A stretch of DNA of 64,000 nt from NCBI GenBank assembly GCA_973895155.1, contig OZ316896.1, positions 372,001-436,000 on the forward strand. Direction: 5' to 3'. Source of the stretch: Marsupella aquatica. Taxonomy: Eukaryota; Plantae; Marchantiophyta. Below are positions 61,933-64,000 of the stretch, piece by piece (the first letter of the stretch is position 1; each line of letters begins with the position of its first letter). The translations under genes were made by a program, and so were the position numbers. The notes under the pieces were generated by a model that worked only from the letters and a program-made list of their open reading frames with translations, made no database searches and was not told where the DNA came from.

Positions 61933-64000
61933 AAAAATTAAAATTAAAAAAACAAAACTTCTTCCAAGGAAAAATTAGTGTCCGTTTTGTATGAGGTTTT
62001 GTATGGATATCCCTCGCAGAGATGGGTTGTCCATATGGTACGGACGCCCCTGTAGTGGAAAAATATTGGAAAAAATAAAATTTCTTGTTAAATTTTGATG
62101 AAAAAAATCAATTTCTTTTTTTGTTTCTTTTCTTGCCGCAATTTGGCTGGCTCTCTGAGATGATATGGCAACTGATATCAGGGTCACTAATGGACTTCAC
62201 TGATAATTGGTGAGATGACTTATCTCGCCATCACCTCTCTTGCACTCCCTCTCACCCTCCCACATCCTTGCTCTCCCCAACAACATAGCTTTCACAACAA
62301 TAACAACATGCAAAATTGAAGGAGACTGTTTTTTACATTTTTTATTCATTTTGTTTGTTTTTGGCTTTTGTAGAAAAATGGTCCCAAAAATTGTTATTCC
62401 ATCTAAGCCTCCAATGTTCTTCTTAAAAAACTTTTCAAAATTGTTCCTTTAATGAAGGCCAATAAGATCAAGGTTTCAACGGATTTTCTCCACAAGACCG
62501 GGCTTGCTTGAAATGCTCATAATCTCTATTAGTCTGCTTTTGCCCTAATTCTTTTCTAGTATGGAGCCCACCTCTTTGCCCCAATTTGTTTCTTTTGTCC
62601 CCACTTTTGTTCCATCTTTGGTATTTCTTGCCCAACTCTTACCCATGTACTCTGGCTACCCATTTGAGCCCTATCCCAAATTTTTGTGTTGCCTTGAACT
62701 ACATTATTTGATGAAATAATTTCATGTACTAGTTTGAACAATATCTGCACAGTGACAAAACTTTTGACATGAAATGAGCAACAACAACACCCCCACAACA
62801 TCCAGCTACCTAGTCATCTTACTTATGCTCAATAAGACTTTTGCTCAACATCATTCACTATCAACAATACAATGCCACGCACTAACACATTGGGCTAGTT
62901 AAACATGCTAGTCAGGTGAATGCGGGGGCTCATCTGTGGTTTGCATGTCGTGAAGGGTGATGTTGCATAAGAAGATAAGTATGTGGTATGAATTTCCAAA
63001 TTCTTGGTTGGTTAATAACTGAGGTACTTGATGACCAATGTTGACCTGCAAATTTCTCAGTCGAGCACGGGAAGAGGTGCTTATATTCGATGTCTCATAT
63101 ACTATTTACCCATGGCATTGCTTTCTTTACCGTGCTCACCCCTTCCTCTACCTGTGGACAGATGGATGGACGGATGGAGACTCCTGTTCTTTCGTAAAGC
63201 CCTCACTATGCTTGGGAATGCAAGTACAGGAATACCGTCATGGTCCTAATGTCCCTGAGTTCATGATTTTTCTCTTTATAGTTTTCAAATCATTATTGGA
63301 GATACACAGGATTGGATGGCTCATCGTGAGAATATATATTGCTTTTATTAAATTAATATGTATAAGAACCTTTTAGGCCTATATATTGAGGTCCTGTTCC
63401 CAAAGCAGTATTTATGTGTATTTACCACTAGACAACCTACTGCTGCTGCGTTACCGTCTTTGTAGCACCACCACCACAACCGACAAGCTATATTATTATA
63501 AGTGCTCTGCTGCACCCATCGCAGCTCAAAAGCCAGCCACCACCCAGCCAGTCAACTGCAGCACAGTGCTGTAGAGTCTGGGAAGCTAGCGACAGCCCGG
63601 TTCTTTTTCGCATTCCAGGCCTATCAATCCAGGAGCAGAGTGCAGCAGCAGACCACATCGACAAGTGAACTCGCGATGTTGACTATTATTTATCAATGAT
63701 CTCCGTCGCACAACTTTCACCCTCCTTCGTAGGGTTGAGGCAGTTTGTTTTAGGGCATCTTGGCAAGTTCCGCTTCGTGACCCTCCTATGCGGTTTACTC
63801 CGGAGCTCTACCAGGCTTTTCAGTTCTCCCCTCAGTAGGGTGTTAGCCTTCTCGGTTCCTTTGTAGGTTCCTTTTTTGGCTCTTGCTTCTTAGTTGGCTT
63901 TTGCTTGGGGTCCCCTTGGCTTGTTTTTCTTGGGGCCCTTTCCCCTCTTTTCCTTCCCTTCATTGGGTGCTTTGCCTTTGGGATCATGTCTCTGTTAGGC

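Overview
This is eukaryotic land-plant genomic DNA, probably from a non-seed plant (inference). It is transposon-rich with three recognisable host genes: an intronless CYP710 sterol C-22 desaturase (16357-17862, minus), a 4-exon 40S ribosomal protein S12 (53569-54807, plus) and a 4-exon LEA-like/TMEM205(DUF4149) gene with an upstream ABRE cluster (57682-60427, minus). Three LTR retroelements have complete LTR/PBS/PPT/TSD structure: a decayed Ty1/copia (4603-10516), a non-coding Bianca-type element (19980-23349) and a decayed Bianca-type copia with identical LTRs (26217-33173). There is also the probable 3' end of an LTR element carrying a 617-aa orphan ORF, several Helitron 3' termini with minisatellite interiors, and a gypsy RT fragment. 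The most striking feature is a ~9.2-kb DNA transposon (37608-46763) with bipartite inverted ends. It encodes an intact, spliced 1486-aa P-element/THAP9-like DDE transposase and carries an EDM2-like composite PHD-finger (histone-reader) ORF, apparently inside an intron of the transposase 5' leader. All family assignments come from motif recognition by eye; no database searches were run.
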